Positions 34,680 to 44,459 of a stretch of 64,000 nt of DNA are shown here, piece after piece. A program made the translations under genes and the position numbers. The stretch is from Candidatus Pacearchaeota archaeon (GTDB lineage: Archaea; Nanobdellota; Nanobdellia; Pacearchaeales; GW2011-AR1), in the NCBI GenBank assembly GCA_016867035.1, contig VGKO01000001.1, positions 1,998 to 65,997 on the forward strand. Direction: 5' to 3'. Under the pieces are notes generated by a model that ran no database searches, was not told where the DNA came from, and saw nothing but the letters and a program-made list of their open reading frames with translations. The stretch's first letter is position 1, and every line of letters begins with the position of its first letter.

Positions 34680-36251
34680 ATGCCATTTGAAACTCTAAGC
34701 AATATTAAACCCCGAGAATATCAAAAAGAGATTTATGAATCTTGTAAAAACAATAATTGCTTAGTTATTTTACCCACAGGTATAGGAAAAACCCTGGTTG
34801 CGTTAATGCTTGCAATTAACAGGCAAAAAACCTTCCCAGGAAGTAAAACACTTTTTCTTGCTCCAACTCGCCCCCTAGCTCAACAACACCTCGAGTATTT
34901 TAAAAAAAATCTTCCAGAGTTATTTGCAGAAATGAATTTATTTACAGGAAAGGTTGATGCAAAAAAACGCCAAGAACTTTGGGAAGTTTCAGATATTATT
35001 TTTTCAACCCCCCAATGCATAGGCAATGACATAAAAAAAGGACTTTACAACTTAGAAGAAGCAAGTTTGTTAATAGAAGACGAGTGCCATAGGTGTGTAA
35101 AAAATTATGCCTATACCTATGTCGCTCAAAAATATTTAGAACAAGCTAAAAATCCCCGAGTCTTAGGATTAACCGCAAGCCCTGGCACAGAAAAAGCAAT
35201 AATACAACAAATAGCAAAAAATTTAGGAATAGAAAAAATCGAGCTTCGTACCCGAGATAGCCCTGATGTAAAACCCTACTTACAAGAGCTTAATTTTAAA
35301 ACAATAAAAGTAGAATTCCCAAAAGAACTTGAGAATATACGAAGTTTAATAAAAACCATGCTTAATAAAAAAATAAGCGAACTGCAAAATAGAAAGCTCT
35401 TATTTAAACCCCCTATGAAAAAATATATTTTAGAATGTCAAGCAGGAATAATGAAATCAATTAATGCAGGAAATAGAAATCTTAACATGATGCTTGGCGC
35501 TAGTGCAGCAAGTCAAGCAATTAAACTCGAGCATTTATTAGAACTAATTGAAACTCAAACCCTTACTTCAGCTAATGATTATTTTAAAAGTATTTTTGAA
35601 CAAGCCCGACAGCAAACAACCAAAGCAGTTCAACATCTAGCCCGAGCTCCTGAGTTTAACCAAGCTTATATTCTATTAAATGAGTTATTAATAAAAAAAC
35701 GCGAACACCCTAAAATAGAAGTAGCAAAAGACTTAATAGAAAGTATAATGAAAAACAACTCTAAAGCAAAAGTAATAATTTTCTCACAATTTAGATTAAC
35801 CTCACAAAAGCTCACAGAAGAGTTAAATGCAACTTCAGGAATAAAATCCAAAATGTTCGTAGGACAATCTTCAAAAAAAGATTCCAAAGGAGTAAAAACA
35901 GGTTTAAATCAAAAAGAACAAAGCCAAATAATAAATGAATTTAAATCAGGCGAGATAAATGTTTTATGCTCAACATCCATTGGAGAAGAGGGCTTGGATA
36001 TTCCAGAAGTAAATGCCGTTATTTTTTATGAGCCTATTCCAAGTGCAATTCGCAAAATACAGCGAGCAGGACGAACCGCGAGATTAATGAAGGGGGAACT
36101 TTTTATATTGATTACTCAAGGTACAAGAGATGAAGCCTATTATTATGCCTCTATAAACAAAGAAAAAAAGATGCATAATGCAATTCAAGATATAAAAAAT
36201 AAACTCGATAATGAGCTTCCCATCTCTAAAGTTCAAAAAACACTATTCTAA
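34680..36251 (+). CDS. Hef/FANCM/Mph1-type SF2 helicase (helicase part only, no nuclease domain)
   Basis: 'PREYQKEIYESCKNNNCLVILPTGIGKTLVA' (Q motif plus motif I), 'DECHR' (DExH), and C-terminal helicase motifs 'TSIGEEGLDIPEVNAVIFYEP', 'QRAGRTAR'. Confidence 0.75.
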   Translation: MPFETLSNIKPREYQKEIYESCKNNNCLVILPTGIGKTLVALMLAINRQKTFPGSKTLFLAPTRPLAQQHLEYFKKNLPELFAEMNLFTGKVDAKKRQELWEVSDIIFSTPQCIGNDIKKGLYNLEEASLLIEDECHRCVKNYAYTYVAQKYLEQAKNPRVLGLTASPGTEKAIIQQIAKNLGIEKIELRTRDSPDVKPYLQELNFKTIKVEFPKELENIRSLIKTMLNKKISELQNRKLLFKPPMKKYILECQAGIMKSINAGNRNLNMMLGASAASQAIKLEHLLELIETQTLTSANDYFKSIFEQARQQTTKAVQHLARAPEFNQAYILLNELLIKKREHPKIEVAKDLIESIMKNNSKAKVIIFSQFRLTSQKLTEELNATSGIKSKMFVGQSSKKDSKGVKTGLNQKEQSQIINEFKSGEINVLCSTSIGEEGLDIPEVNAVIFYEPIPSAIRKIQRAGRTARLMKGELFILITQGTRDEAYYYASINKEKKMHNAIQDIKNKLDNELPISKVQKTLF

Positions 36252-36290
36252 TACCTATATCTTTTTATATTAAAAATTCAACAGGTTTTA

Positions 36291-36428
36291 ATGGCTTTTG
36301 AGATATTTAGAGCAAAAAGAAAACCCGTCCCTTTTCCAGAATTAGAAGATTTTTTAGATTATTGGGTGGGCGCACAAGAAGATGCATTAAACGCCGATAG
36401 GGTTGTTCAAGATTACATAAAAAAGTAA
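36291..36428 (+). CDS. Small ORF (45 aa), hypothetical
   Basis: Hand translation gives MAFEIFRAKRKPVPFPELEDFLDYWVGAQEDALNADRVVQDYIKK. Composition is non-random but there is no other support. Confidence 0.2.
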   Translation: MAFEIFRAKRKPVPFPELEDFLDYWVGAQEDALNADRVVQDYIKK

Positions 36429-36508
36429 AAAAGTAATAAAGCGATTATTCTCCAAAGCATATTTTAGAATAGCTAATTGTTTATAAAAAGGAAAAAACCA
36501 CTAAAGTT

Positions 36509-37585
36509 ATGGCAAATTATAAAGGAGCAGTGGACGTTGTTATCGGCGGACAACGAGGAGATGAGGGAAAAGGAAATTTCTGTGCTTGGCTTGGATTAAA
36601 TGGAGATTATTCTATAGGTTTACGAAGTGCTTCTCCTCAAGCAGGACACAGCATTTATATTCAAGGAAAAAGAGTGGGCATTGCACATTTGCCTTGTGCA
36701 GCAGTTAACCCCAAATTAAGACTTTTGTTAGGAGGTTCAAGTTTTATTGATGCAAGAAAATTATTCTACGGTGGAAAAGAAACAAGACCTCATACAGGTG
36801 AAACAATTGAGTTACAAGCAGAAATACCAACATTAGGTTTAACTCCAGATAGATTAGGAATAGATTATAATGCCAAATTAGTAACAGAAGAACACAAGGA
36901 AAGAGAAAGACAAAGCAATTTAATGAAATTAGGAAGTATTGGAAGCGGAGTTAATCCTGCTAAACATGATTTAATTGACAAGAAAGCAAAATTTGTAGCA
37001 GAAGACCCTGAACTAAAGAAGTTTGCTGCAAATACTCTTGAAGAAATGTTTAGAGCCCTAGCAGAAGGAAGAAATATTTTATTTGAAACCGACCATGGAA
37101 TAGAATTATGCCAACACTTCGGAGGATACTTTCCCTACAATACTGCAAGAACAATTAATACTTCGGCCTATTTGGGTGAAGTTGGTTTGCCGCCTCAAGC
37201 AGTTAGAAGAGTTTATCTTATCCTCAAACCCTATATTACGGCTGTAGCAAAAGATGCTCCACTCAAAGAAGAAATTATAGACTCGAAGACTTTAGACGAA
37301 TTATTACACACCGGAGGCGAATCTGGAAGCATCTCTGGAAGAGTGAGAAGAGCAGGAAAATTCGATTTTAAAAGCTTAAGAAAATCTATTTTTTTAAGCG
37401 GAGCAACAGACTTATGTATTTCCCATCTAGATTTATCCCCCCATGCCTGGAGAACCCTTGGTTTCAAAGGAGAAGAAGAATTTTTAGAAAGATTACAAGC
37501 AGAATCCGGAGCAACTGCAGGAAAACCAAAATTAACCTTAGTTTCTCACGGCCCTAGAATTGAGGACATTAGCAGGGCAAATTAA
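36509..37585 (+). CDS. purA: Adenylosuccinate synthetase (short archaeal type)
   Basis: The P-loop 'VVIGGQRGDEGKGN' matches the PurA G(A/G)QWGDEGKGK signature. The 358-aa length is typical of archaeal PurA. Confidence 0.75.
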   Translation: MANYKGAVDVVIGGQRGDEGKGNFCAWLGLNGDYSIGLRSASPQAGHSIYIQGKRVGIAHLPCAAVNPKLRLLLGGSSFIDARKLFYGGKETRPHTGETIELQAEIPTLGLTPDRLGIDYNAKLVTEEHKERERQSNLMKLGSIGSGVNPAKHDLIDKKAKFVAEDPELKKFAANTLEEMFRALAEGRNILFETDHGIELCQHFGGYFPYNTARTINTSAYLGEVGLPPQAVRRVYLILKPYITAVAKDAPLKEEIIDSKTLDELLHTGGESGSISGRVRRAGKFDFKSLRKSIFLSGATDLCISHLDLSPHAWRTLGFKGEEEFLERLQAESGATAGKPKLTLVSHGPRIEDISRAN

Positions 37586-37605
37586 AAAATAAAAATTTAA
37601 AAAAC

Positions 37606-39024
37606 ATGGCAAAAAAAGTCGTTATCTTTGGTGCGGGCCCGGCAGGATTGGCAGCAGCCTATACTCTTGCAGAAAATACTAAACCAGGTGAGCTTGAGAT
37701 AACCTTAATTGATCAAGGTAAGCGAGTTGAACAAAGACAAAGAGCAAGTGACTTTGATAGAGCCTGTGGAGTTGGCGGCGTTGGTGCTTATTCTGATGGA
37801 AAATTTATTTTTGATACAATTGTTGGGAAAAGACAAATAGGAACAAATCTTGGCGAGCTAATAGGTGAAAGAGATAGAGATTATATGATTGCTGCAAAAG
37901 AAATATTTAGGAGATTTTTTGAACCAATTCACGGCCCTATTAAAGAAATTTCTCAAGAAAGACTTAGAGAAGCAGAAAGAATAGCTGCTCTTGCAGGAAG
38001 AAACGATATGGATTATATTGTTGCACACGATTACCATATCGGTACTGATAGACTTCCAGAACTAATTGGAGCAATTCAAGAAGAACTTGAAGCAAAGGGA
38101 GTAAAAATTGTTACAGGAGAAAGAGTTACTGATTTCGAAAAAGGAAAAGTCTACACTCAAAATGAACAGGGTTCTCAAGAATATCAAGCAGATTATATTT
38201 TAGTTGCTCCTGGTAGAGATGGTTCAGCATGGTTGCAAGAAACCCTTAAAAAAAGAGGAGTCAAACACACTACTCGAGCAATTGATGTGGGCTTAAGAAT
38301 AGAAACAGATTCAGCGGTATTAAAACATCTTACAGATATTGAAAGAGATGTTAAACTCGAGTTTAGACATCCTAATGGCGATTTAATTAGAACTTTCTGT
38401 GTATGTCCTTATGGCGAAGTAGCTCAAGAAGGCAAGGATAAAAGGCCCGAAATGGGAGGATTAGATTTTTGCTTAGTAAATGGAGCTTCATCCTCAACAA
38501 GATTATCAAATAATACTAATTTTGCTCTTTTAGTAAGAATGCCATTGCGTGGCGATGGAGATAATGCAGCTTGGGGCAGAGAAATTGCTAGAACTTACAA
38601 AGAAGCAGGTATAAACAAGATTGTTTTACAAAGAATGGCTGATTTAAAATCTGAAAGAAGCAGCAAGCCAGGAAAAGTTTTAGAATGGAGAGTTAAACCA
38701 ACCCTACCCGAAGAATTTTATTTCCCCGGAGATGTAAGAATAGGCATGCCTGCAAGAATAATGGATGATTTACGCTATGGAATTGAGAGATTAAGTGTTC
38801 CGGGTTTAATGGAAGGCTTAAACCAAGATTCTACTTTGCTTTATGGCCCTGAAATAAAAATGCATGGAATAAAAGTAGCAACTGACGATTATCTTGAATC
38901 AGAATCAATGCCGGGTTTATTTTTAGCAGGAGACGGAACAGGCTTTTCTCGAGGAATTGGCGGAGCAATGGCTTCAGGTATAAGAGCTGCCGAAGGAATT
39001 TTAAGATATTGTAAAAAAAGTTAG
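37606..39024 (+). CDS. FAD-dependent oxidoreductase (COG2509-like uncharacterised FAD-dependent dehydrogenase)
   Basis: N-terminal Rossmann dinucleotide motif 'KVVIFGAGPAGLAAAYTLAE' and C-terminal 'LFLAGDGTGFSRGIGGAMASG'. Confidence 0.6.
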   Translation: MAKKVVIFGAGPAGLAAAYTLAENTKPGELEITLIDQGKRVEQRQRASDFDRACGVGGVGAYSDGKFIFDTIVGKRQIGTNLGELIGERDRDYMIAAKEIFRRFFEPIHGPIKEISQERLREAERIAALAGRNDMDYIVAHDYHIGTDRLPELIGAIQEELEAKGVKIVTGERVTDFEKGKVYTQNEQGSQEYQADYILVAPGRDGSAWLQETLKKRGVKHTTRAIDVGLRIETDSAVLKHLTDIERDVKLEFRHPNGDLIRTFCVCPYGEVAQEGKDKRPEMGGLDFCLVNGASSSTRLSNNTNFALLVRMPLRGDGDNAAWGREIARTYKEAGINKIVLQRMADLKSERSSKPGKVLEWRVKPTLPEEFYFPGDVRIGMPARIMDDLRYGIERLSVPGLMEGLNQDSTLLYGPEIKMHGIKVATDDYLESESMPGLFLAGDGTGFSRGIGGAMASGIRAAEGILRYCKKS

Positions 39025-39079
39025 AGGGATAGTTAATTTTATATTCTTAAAAATATTAGTTTATTTATCACAATATACT

Positions 39080-39742
39080 ATGATATTTGATATCTTCTCC
39101 AAGAAAAAAAGCAAATTAAATATAAAGAAAAGCAAACAGGCAAGAATAATAGTAGATATTCATGAAAAAAATTCTTTAGTTTTAGCCAACCTCCAACAAT
39201 CAGAAGCAGATATAGAAATAAAATCCTTGAAAGTAGGAGATTATATTATTTCAAATACTTTAATAGAAAGAAAAACCACAAGTGATTTTGTCTCAAGCAT
39301 GATATCTAAAAGATTAATTATACAACTTCGAGAAATGCAACCTTATAAAAACAAAATTCTAATTTTAGAAGGAGAAATTAGCGAGAACATTAATTTTAAT
39401 ATAAATGCAATTCGTGGAATGATTCTTTCTATATCTTTAGATTTTAATATTCCGATAATTCAAACAAAAAATAGCGAGGATACAGCAAAATTTTTATTAG
39501 TTTTAGCAAAAAAACAAAATCAAGAAAAAGAATTAAGCCTTCATTCAAGAAAAGGCTTAACAAAAAAACAGCAAATCCAGTATATTTTAGAGAGTTTTCA
39601 GGGTATAGGTCCTGCAACCGCAAAAAAACTTCTAAAGAAATATAAAAATCTAAAAAATATTTTCAATTTAGCTCAAGAAGAACTACAAAAAGAATTAGGT
39701 AAAAAATCTCAAGCCTTTAATATCTTAGACGAAAGTTATTAA
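39080..39742 (+). CDS. ERCC4-type nuclease with tandem HhH (XPF/Hef nuclease module)
   Basis: 'IIVDIHEKNS...GDYIISN...IERKTTSDF' gives the ERCC4 catalytic motifs (D.RE, GDY, ERK). The C-terminal 'FQGIGPATAKKLLKKYKNLKNIFNLAQEEL' is an HhH2 motif. Confidence 0.7.
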   Translation: MIFDIFSKKKSKLNIKKSKQARIIVDIHEKNSLVLANLQQSEADIEIKSLKVGDYIISNTLIERKTTSDFVSSMISKRLIIQLREMQPYKNKILILEGEISENINFNINAIRGMILSISLDFNIPIIQTKNSEDTAKFLLVLAKKQNQEKELSLHSRKGLTKKQQIQYILESFQGIGPATAKKLLKKYKNLKNIFNLAQEELQKELGKKSQAFNILDESY

Positions 39743-39765
39743 GAATTAAAGATTAAGTTGGCAAA

Positions 39766-40023
39766 TTACTTTTCACTTAAAGCTCGCAATCTTGCTCGCT
39801 CTTCTAAACCCAGACCTTTTGTTATCCTAGAATCATATAAACAAAGAACCCTCCCTGAATCTCGGCTATTATCCAATAATGCTTGATAAATCCTACCAAC
39901 ATATGCCCTCTCCTCTTCACTACCCTGAAATCCAGAAACCCAAGCATCGATTCCCGCCCTGCCCAAAGTACTAAAAACAGAAGCAGCCACTTCAAAAATT
40001 CTGCTCTTCTGGAGGCTGTCCAT
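39766..40023 (-). CDS. Hypothetical protein (85 aa) of atypical composition, downstream of the 1010-aa gene
   Basis: ORF only. It is Arg/Ala/Gly-rich like its neighbour and its GC is above the window background. Confidence 0.3.
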   Translation of the reverse strand: MDSLQKSRIFEVAASVFSTLGRAGIDAWVSGFQGSEEERAYVGRIYQALLDNSRDSGRVLCLYDSRITKGLGLEERARLRALSEK

Positions 40024-40148
40024 TTTAAGAGAAAATATTTTTTAGTTTAAAAACAAATACACCTTTAGAATATAATTAATAGTCTGCAATAATTATTTAA
40101 ACCCACAAAGCCTTTCTAAAGTATATTTTTTGCAAGAGAAAATAAAAT

Positions 40149-43100
40149 TTATAACATTTTATCCCTTTTAACAATGGCTTCTAATGTTGGGTTTAATACC
40201 ATTTCCCAACCATAAGTTTCTCGTTTAGAAGGATCATAAAGAACATTAACTACTCCTCTAACTCCTGCTTGCTTCCCAACAAAAGGAACATAGGTGTTTA
40301 TAGGCTCCATTCCAGGATGTAATGCTCCAGCATGTCCATCTGCATAAAAGATAATTGGTTGGTGCCTATCTCCTGCAATAACCACGTCTGATTCATTATT
40401 CATACTTCTTAAATGAGAAAGTACACCGTAGCCCTCATCTTGCCTTACCGGAAACTTATGCATTACAAATAATTTTCTTCCTTTTGTTCCCGGAAGAGTT
40501 GTCCAACCAACACCAACACTACTTCCTTTTCCACTAAAAACTTGGAGTTGTCTATTATCTCTATAAGCTTCATCAAACTGGCTAGCTAAACTTGCAGCCT
40601 CGTCAGAATTTCTAACAGAATTATTTGCATGGTTCCCACTTGCAAGGACAAGAGTTCCTTTCTTCTTTAAAATTTCTTGTGCATAAGGTTTGCATAAGAG
40701 TGCAAATAACCTCTCTTGATCCGCCAAGTTGTGGTCAGTTATTGCCCGCAGGTTGCCCATAGCTCTTTGCGCAAGAAGATAAGCTTTCTGATCTCCATTT
40801 AAATTCTTATCAGCTAAAATAGGTTCAACGACAGATTGTCTAAATTTTTCAGGAGGTAAACCTAAATATCTTGTTCCGCTATCAAATTTGCCTTGCATAA
40901 CTCCGTGTAACAGCTCATCCCAACTTGCAACATCAGGAAGCCCATGTTCTCTTTGATATTGCTGATAAGCTCTAATAAATTGATCCTTAGAATATCTTCC
41001 CATTATGTCTGGAGCACCTAAATGGAAATCTCCTGCAGCTTCAACTTTTTTAAAATCTAATTTAACCGCTGCCTTTCTTTCTTTGATTATTTGCGCAAGT
41101 CTTCTCTTTTCAGCAGCATTTTTTGTTTCACCCATAGCCTTCCTATAAGCCTCAATTTCTTTAGCTATTTTTCCAAATCTAATCAAATCAGTATTCCCCA
41201 TAAATAAGAATTTATTAACTCCCTCTGCGTCTTCAGTATGTAGAACCGCCCCAGAAGCATAAGGTCCTGTTAAATATCTTTTTGTATCCCAATTACTAAA
41301 TCCATGACCAACTAACCAATCCAATCTCTCTATAGATTGCATTGTAGGAAGATTAACTAAGTAAGAAATTTTCTGTCCTTCGACAGCCATCGGTTCATCA
41401 GAACCTTCTGCAGAACCAATTATATCTGAATCTTTAAACCACGGCATCGCTCTAAAACCACCGCCGTTGTGCGCACCAAGTAAAATAATATCAGGTCGAT
41501 TATCTATAGCATTACCCGAACCCTCTGTCGGATTAAACAATTTTCTTAAAACCATATTTTGAACATTCTGTTCAAGTTTAGCATCTCTTATTGCCCTAGG
41601 CCCAACTGCATCGGAAAAGGTACTTCTTATATTATGAATTAAAAGCAAATTTTTGCCGCCCCGCTTTATTTCTTCTACCTCTGCTTCTGCTCTAATTGTC
41701 CTTCCACTAGAAATATCCATTACTCCACTATCTACTTCCACAAGTTTTCTTGCCGATGGATGTGGATGAATTTGTTGTAAAACATCCCATCTGAAATAAT
41801 GCCTTGTATAAAGATTTTTAGCATTATTCCAAGCTACTTCAACTTCATCAGGATTAACAGGATATTGTCGAGTAAAGCGCGTTACAGAAGCCCTGTTTGT
41901 TGCAAGTAATTGATCTGTCCAAGTAACTGATCTAGCAAGTTCTTCAAGTCTTGCTTTAGAATCTTCTCTTAATCTTTGAGCTTCGCGTAATTGATCTTGA
42001 ACTTTTGCAAGTTTAGCTTTAACAAGCCCTCTATATTGCTCAGGAGTTTTTTTGCCAGAAGAAGCCCAAGAGAGATATTTAGGAACCTCTTTTCCCAAGA
42101 CAAGCCCATGTTCCTCTTCTTCCCAAAATGTCTCTCCTGCTAATTGCTTTAATCTAGCTGAAACTCTTTCCTGATGTGCTTTTAGTTTTTCCTCTGGTTT
42201 TCTAGCAAATTCTTGCATTAAACCCATATTACCATATATGTCTGATAAAAATTTATTTCTCGCAGACTCATATTCTAAAGCTGCAATTTTTCTTTCATAA
42301 ACTTTTTGATCGCTAACTAGCTTTTCTTTTTTTTCACCAGCCCAAGTAGCGATAGTTGCATCCACAATATGATCAATATTTTTTCTATCTTCCTCACCAT
42401 GTTGAACTCTTACTTGCGCCTCTTCAGGTATGCATCTCAATAATGTGCTAACTTCTGTTCCAGCAGCGTCAAAGGCATCAGCTAAATCTCTAATTTTTCT
42501 TCTTTCAAGATTATTAACGTGTTTAGGATAGAAATCGTTTAAATAAGGATCATCAATTTGCGCTACTCTTTCTTCAAGCATAGTTTCTGAAATAGTTTTT
42601 GCCTCACCAGGTCTTCTAGGAATCCAACCCAAGAATTTCATAGCAGTTAAATTAGCTTTTGAAGCATAAGGAGGTAAGTGAGGAATGACTCCGCCTTGAA
42701 AAATAACTTCTTGTACCTCTCTATTCAAACCATTGGCTTCTAAAAATAATCTTAATCCAAGCATACTATGCGGATCATAAGCTTTAGTACCAAAACCAGG
42801 TTCAGAAACATATAATGCGCTAAATCTTGTTTGCCTTTGTGGCCTTTGTGATTCAGAACCAGTAACCTCTGCTCGTGGCTTAACAGTAGTTTCTATTGTC
42901 TCAGGAGATAAAAAATAGTGGGGCTCTTTTTTTACCCCCTCTCTTTCAATATGGGTAAAAACATCAATACCGTCTACGCTTTTTAAATTCGTAAGAGCCC
43001 TTTTTGTTTCTGCCAAACTAGAAAATCCCATCTCTCCTTGGATTTCCGCCAAGGTTGGGGCTACATGATGATCTCCTGATCTTTTTCTTAAAAAATCAAA

Positions 43101-43181
43101 TAACCTATGTTGAGAAGTAGACAGATGTACTACTTGACCATTCACGCCCCTTTGATCCATGTTGTTTAAAATTTTTCTCAC
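40149..43181 (-). CDS. Large (1010 aa) protein: N-terminal LexA-like winged-helix DNA-binding domain, central helical/coiled region, C-terminal calcineurin-like metallophosphoesterase domain. Compositionally foreign.
   Basis: 'QHRLFDFLRKRSGDHHVAPTLAEIQGEMGFSSLAETKRALTNLKS' aligns by eye with the E. coli LexA N-terminal DBD ('[47 protein letters not shown]'). The C-terminal motifs 'AAGDFHLG' (GDxHxG), 'LASGNHAN' (GNH), 'VMHK' and 'AGDRHQP...GHAGALH' follow the metallophosphatase motif order. GC and amino-acid composition are unlike the flanking genes. Confidence 0.6.
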   Translation of the reverse strand: MRKILNNMDQRGVNGQVVHLSTSQHRLFDFLRKRSGDHHVAPTLAEIQGEMGFSSLAETKRALTNLKSVDGIDVFTHIEREGVKKEPHYFLSPETIETTVKPRAEVTGSESQRPQRQTRFSALYVSEPGFGTKAYDPHSMLGLRLFLEANGLNREVQEVIFQGGVIPHLPPYASKANLTAMKFLGWIPRRPGEAKTISETMLEERVAQIDDPYLNDFYPKHVNNLERRKIRDLADAFDAAGTEVSTLLRCIPEEAQVRVQHGEEDRKNIDHIVDATIATWAGEKKEKLVSDQKVYERKIAALEYESARNKFLSDIYGNMGLMQEFARKPEEKLKAHQERVSARLKQLAGETFWEEEEHGLVLGKEVPKYLSWASSGKKTPEQYRGLVKAKLAKVQDQLREAQRLREDSKARLEELARSVTWTDQLLATNRASVTRFTRQYPVNPDEVEVAWNNAKNLYTRHYFRWDVLQQIHPHPSARKLVEVDSGVMDISSGRTIRAEAEVEEIKRGGKNLLLIHNIRSTFSDAVGPRAIRDAKLEQNVQNMVLRKLFNPTEGSGNAIDNRPDIILLGAHNGGGFRAMPWFKDSDIIGSAEGSDEPMAVEGQKISYLVNLPTMQSIERLDWLVGHGFSNWDTKRYLTGPYASGAVLHTEDAEGVNKFLFMGNTDLIRFGKIAKEIEAYRKAMGETKNAAEKRRLAQIIKERKAAVKLDFKKVEAAGDFHLGAPDIMGRYSKDQFIRAYQQYQREHGLPDVASWDELLHGVMQGKFDSGTRYLGLPPEKFRQSVVEPILADKNLNGDQKAYLLAQRAMGNLRAITDHNLADQERLFALLCKPYAQEILKKKGTLVLASGNHANNSVRNSDEAASLASQFDEAYRDNRQLQVFSGKGSSVGVGWTTLPGTKGRKLFVMHKFPVRQDEGYGVLSHLRSMNNESDVVIAGDRHQPIIFYADGHAGALHPGMEPINTYVPFVGKQAGVRGVVNVLYDPSKRETYGWEMVLNPTLEAIVKRDKML

Positions 43182-43216
43182 TTTATAAACACTATTGTTC
43201 TAAAATATAATAATAT

Positions 43217-43774
43217 TCAGTTTTTCAGATTATATCGAGCCAAGTCAGTATAAATTGGCCCTTCGTGCTTTAATTCAGACTTCTTTAGAACAAAATCGCA
43301 AACATTGAAGCTAATTTTTTTCGATTTTATATTTTTTATATAATCTAAGAATATTTTTCTATCGAAAACTTTTTTTATTCTAGCAATAGTAATATGTCCC
43401 ATGAACCTTTCTTCTGGTTGGAAGGAATCTCCAAGTACCTTATCTATTTCTTTCTGTAGACTATAAACTCCTTCTCCAAGCATCTTTATCCACAAAATTC
43501 TAAAAGATTTTTTAGAAAACAAACCAAAGGGGCCTAACTTGGCAGAAAAACAATTAGCTTTTATTTCCCCAAGTTTTTTTATAATTTCTTCAATTTTTTC
43601 TTCAGGTATTTCACCTAAAAACTTAAGGGTTAGGTGTAAATTCTCGGGCTCTGTGAGCTTGCCTTGAAAGAGGTTCTTCTTTTTTATCAAGTTTTGTAAA
43701 TCTTCAATATAATCAATAGCTTCTCGTGGCATTTCCAAGCATACAAAACACCGAATTAACTTTATTACCTTCAT
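43217..43774 (-). CDS. 2H phosphoesterase (RNA 2',3'-cyclic phosphodiesterase / 2'-5' RNA ligase LigT-ThpR family)
   Basis: Two H-x-T/S-x motifs, 'HLTLKFLG' and 'HITIARI', with the expected spacing in a 185-aa protein. Confidence 0.7.
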   Translation of the reverse strand: MKVIKLIRCFVCLEMPREAIDYIEDLQNLIKKKNLFQGKLTEPENLHLTLKFLGEIPEEKIEEIIKKLGEIKANCFSAKLGPFGLFSKKSFRILWIKMLGEGVYSLQKEIDKVLGDSFQPEERFMGHITIARIKKVFDRKIFLDYIKNIKSKKISFNVCDFVLKKSELKHEGPIYTDLARYNLKN

Positions 43775-43778
43775 TTTA

Positions 43779-44453
43779 TTAACTAGCTAAAAACCTGGCC
43801 ACCCCTCCATTATTACTGCCAGAAGGGTGAGGTAAAAATATGACTTCTTTACCATTTTCTTCCAATAGCTGTTTTATACTCTTCCCATCAACCAATTCCG
43901 AACTTACTGCAAATTCAGCTTTTTTTCCAAAAAAAATTATTTTTTTTAAAGAGGCATAACAATTGATATCCTCGATAAATCTATGAGCCATACATTTTCT
44001 TCCAAAATCAAAATCAAGAGGCTGAAAATCATCAGACCTTCCTTTTCCTTCTTTCAGAGCAGCACACTTAACTAAAGAACTTGTCAAGAATAAATCCGAA
44101 TTATTAAAATCAAAGTTGTCATCAAGGTCTATGCCTAAAAATTTGTCAACTTCAATTTTTCTTAACATCTTTATTATGTTCTTGGAAGATTTTCTGAAAC
44201 TTGAAACCCCGGAAGATTCAAGGAAGTTACCTGTTTTGTTATATTCTTGCACAAGTGCATGAAGTTGCGTGAAGCCCGGGCATAAACCTATTAAAGCAAC
44301 CCTAGGATTTTTGGGGCAGTTACCAACTATACTAAAATAAATTTTTCTTTCGCCCTCTGTTTTAATTAATAAATCGGATTCATTTATAGGCGGGGCTTTT
44401 AATTCTATATCTCTTCCCCCGCACCAAATATTACAGAAATTCCTTGACTTCAT
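43779..44453 (-). CDS. Uracil-DNA glycosylase superfamily protein
   Basis: 'ALIGLCPGF' (motif A, GEAPG-like) and 'LPHPSGSNNG' (motif B, HPSPLN-like). Confidence 0.5.
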   Translation of the reverse strand: MKSRNFCNIWCGGRDIELKAPPINESDLLIKTEGERKIYFSIVGNCPKNPRVALIGLCPGFTQLHALVQEYNKTGNFLESSGVSSFRKSSKNIIKMLRKIEVDKFLGIDLDDNFDFNNSDLFLTSSLVKCAALKEGKGRSDDFQPLDFDFGRKCMAHRFIEDINCYASLKKIIFFGKKAEFAVSSELVDGKSIKQLLEENGKEVIFLPHPSGSNNGGVARFLAS

Positions 44454-44459
44454 AAAGTT

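Noticed and set aside
39766-43181. Considered the GC-richer block as an integrated provirus or integrative element.
   Set aside because: No integrase, capsid, terminase or flanking direct repeats/tRNA target seen. Only composition and the unusual protein architecture support foreign origin.
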